A stretch of DNA of 64,000 nucleotides from Felis catus. Taxonomy: Eukaryota. A model generated the notes under the pieces. That model searched no databases. It worked only from the letters and a program-made list of their open reading frames with translations, and had not been told where the DNA came from. Both the position numbers and the translations under genes were made by a program. Where the stretch lies: assembly GCF_018350175.1 (NCBI RefSeq), contig NC_058368.1, forward strand, positions 113,958,001 through 114,022,000, in the 5' to 3' direction. Below are positions 62,288 through 64,000 of this stretch, piece after piece (the first letter of the stretch is position 1; every line of letters begins with the position of its first letter).

Positions 62288-62459
62288 TGTCAAAATGTCA
62301 TCATTGGGGCTCCTCTTACATTTTTCACTCAAAGGCATCTGCCTCTCTCTGCTTCCCCTCTTGGGCAATGTAAGACTAGTACTCTGAATAAATGCTTTTT
62401 GTTTAAAAAGTATATCAAAAAGCCACCACAAGAATTGGCGTTAAAAGGGACTGTCTTGT

Positions 62460-62567
62460 GGTGCCTGGCTGGCTCAGTTGGTAGAGCATATGACTCTTGA
62501 TCTCAGGATTGTGAGTTCAAGCCCCATGCTGGGTGTAGAGATTACTTAAAAAAAAAAAAAAAAAAAA
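62460..62567 (+). mobile_element. Short tRNA-derived CanSINE with TSD
   Basis: A/B boxes, A-tail, duplicated gttaaaagggactgtc. Confidence 0.9.
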
Positions 62568-63399
62568 GTTAAAAGGGACTGTCCTGAAGCAAGAGAAAAC
62601 ACAGACCTATTTAATCTGTGGAGATATTAATTGTATCTTGTTTCACTGCTTGTGTATTCCTTTTCCTTGGATGCAAAATGTAGGCTTTTAGAAGGGAATT
62701 ATATTAATTTCCTTCACATGGGAGGAGATGTCAAAGAACAAAGGCATGGTATAAAAAATTATAGCTTCCCAAGTTTAGGAGAAGTGACCAAACAAAAGGT
62801 ATAAGTTTCCAATTACAAGGTAAGTAAGTCCTGGGGATGTAATGTACTGCATGGTGGCTGTAGTTAGCCATCATGTTTTCCATATTTCAAAGTTGGTAGG
62901 ATAGTAGATCTTGAAAGTCCTCATCACAAGAAAAAAAAATGTAATTATGTATGGTGATGAATGCTAACTCAACTGTAAGCATTTTATAATATATACATAT
63001 ATCAGGTCATTCTGTTGTATATCTAAAAATAATACAATGTTATAGGTCCATGATATCTCTATTTTTAAAATTAAAAGTTTTTTTTAAAAGAAGTAACCAG
63101 AAGCTTCTGGCTTTTTATCCACTGGAGGAAATGGTGGCCCAGCAAGTATATAGCCCCACCAATCCACCCCACCCTGCACGCGCACACACACACACACACA
63201 CATACACGCACACCAATGCAGGCTGGTCATGAATTATTTTGAAAGCAAGGTAAACTGCCTTGGTCGTGGGACCAAATCCATGTTCCTGACCCCAAATAAA
63301 CCTGGAATTCTTATATGTAAAACTCCAGTAACAATAGATACTAAATTTCCAGCCAGATGTGTAGGAGGTTGTGGTGGATTATCAGAGGCAGAAGATGTT

Positions 63400-63735
63400 A
63401 CAAACTTAATGTTTTGTGTCCCCCAAAATTCATATGTTGAAGCCTAATCCTCACTGTGCTTTGGGGGCGGTACTTTGGAAGGTAATTAGGACATGAGAGT
63501 GGATCTCTCATGAATGGGATTTGTACCCTTATAAAAGAGACCCCAGAGAGCTTTCTAGTCTTCTATCCTATGAAGACACAACTACAAAGGAGGAACCAGG
63601 CGTTTATCAGATACCAAATCTGCAAACACTTTCATCTTACACTTCCCAGCCTCTAGAACTGTGAGAAAGAAATTTCTGTTGTTTATAAGCCACCCAGTCT
63701 CTGCACTGTTGTTGTAACAGCCTGAATGGGCTAGT
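63400..63735 (+). mobile_element. MaLR LTR (MLT1-like)
   Basis: tgtgtcccccaaaattcatatgttgaagcctaatc...cagcctctagaactgtgagaaagaaatttctgttgtttataagccaccc is typical MLT1/MST LTR sequence. Confidence 0.8.
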
Positions 63736-64000
63736 TCAGAAGACTTAACAATTTCACATTTCTCAGAATATCTCTGCCCTAAAATACACATACCCAAATA
63801 CAAACACATGCACAGACTCACACCAGAATATGAGCCTTCTAAAATAAAAGCATTTAGAACATTCCATTTTCATTTACTCACCATTTCACTTAATTCATTC
63901 AAGGGCTGGGTACTGGGGATAAAAGTCCCTGGCCTCCATGAGCTCAACAGTCTTGGGAGAAGAAGTAGTACAAGAGAGGTTGCAAATACAGTGTGCTAGA

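Overview
Mammalian genomic DNA from a carnivore, very probably a felid (felid-type SINEC_Fc CanSINEs and carnivore L1 3' ends). Two minus-strand protein genes lie head-to-tail. One is the intronless HNRNPA0 (CDS 56330-57250) in a CpG island with a long AT-rich 3' region. The other is the 5' end of KLHL3 (coding exons 1-3 at 34167-34180, 17686-17805 and 3358-3464; the gene continues beyond the left edge). Most of the remainder is intronic or intergenic repeat (CanSINEs, L1, L2/MIR, LTRs, one DNA transposon, microsatellites); repeat boundaries are approximate. I found no convincing new multi-gene system. The best leads are a near-cognate ACG N-terminal extension of HNRNPA0, alternative start and splice features of KLHL3 (in-frame upstream ATG, uORF, upstream donor, candidate poison exon), two templated insertions flanked by direct repeats, a perfect 25-bp palindrome, nested and inverted L1 insertions, and a divergent CTCF motif pair.
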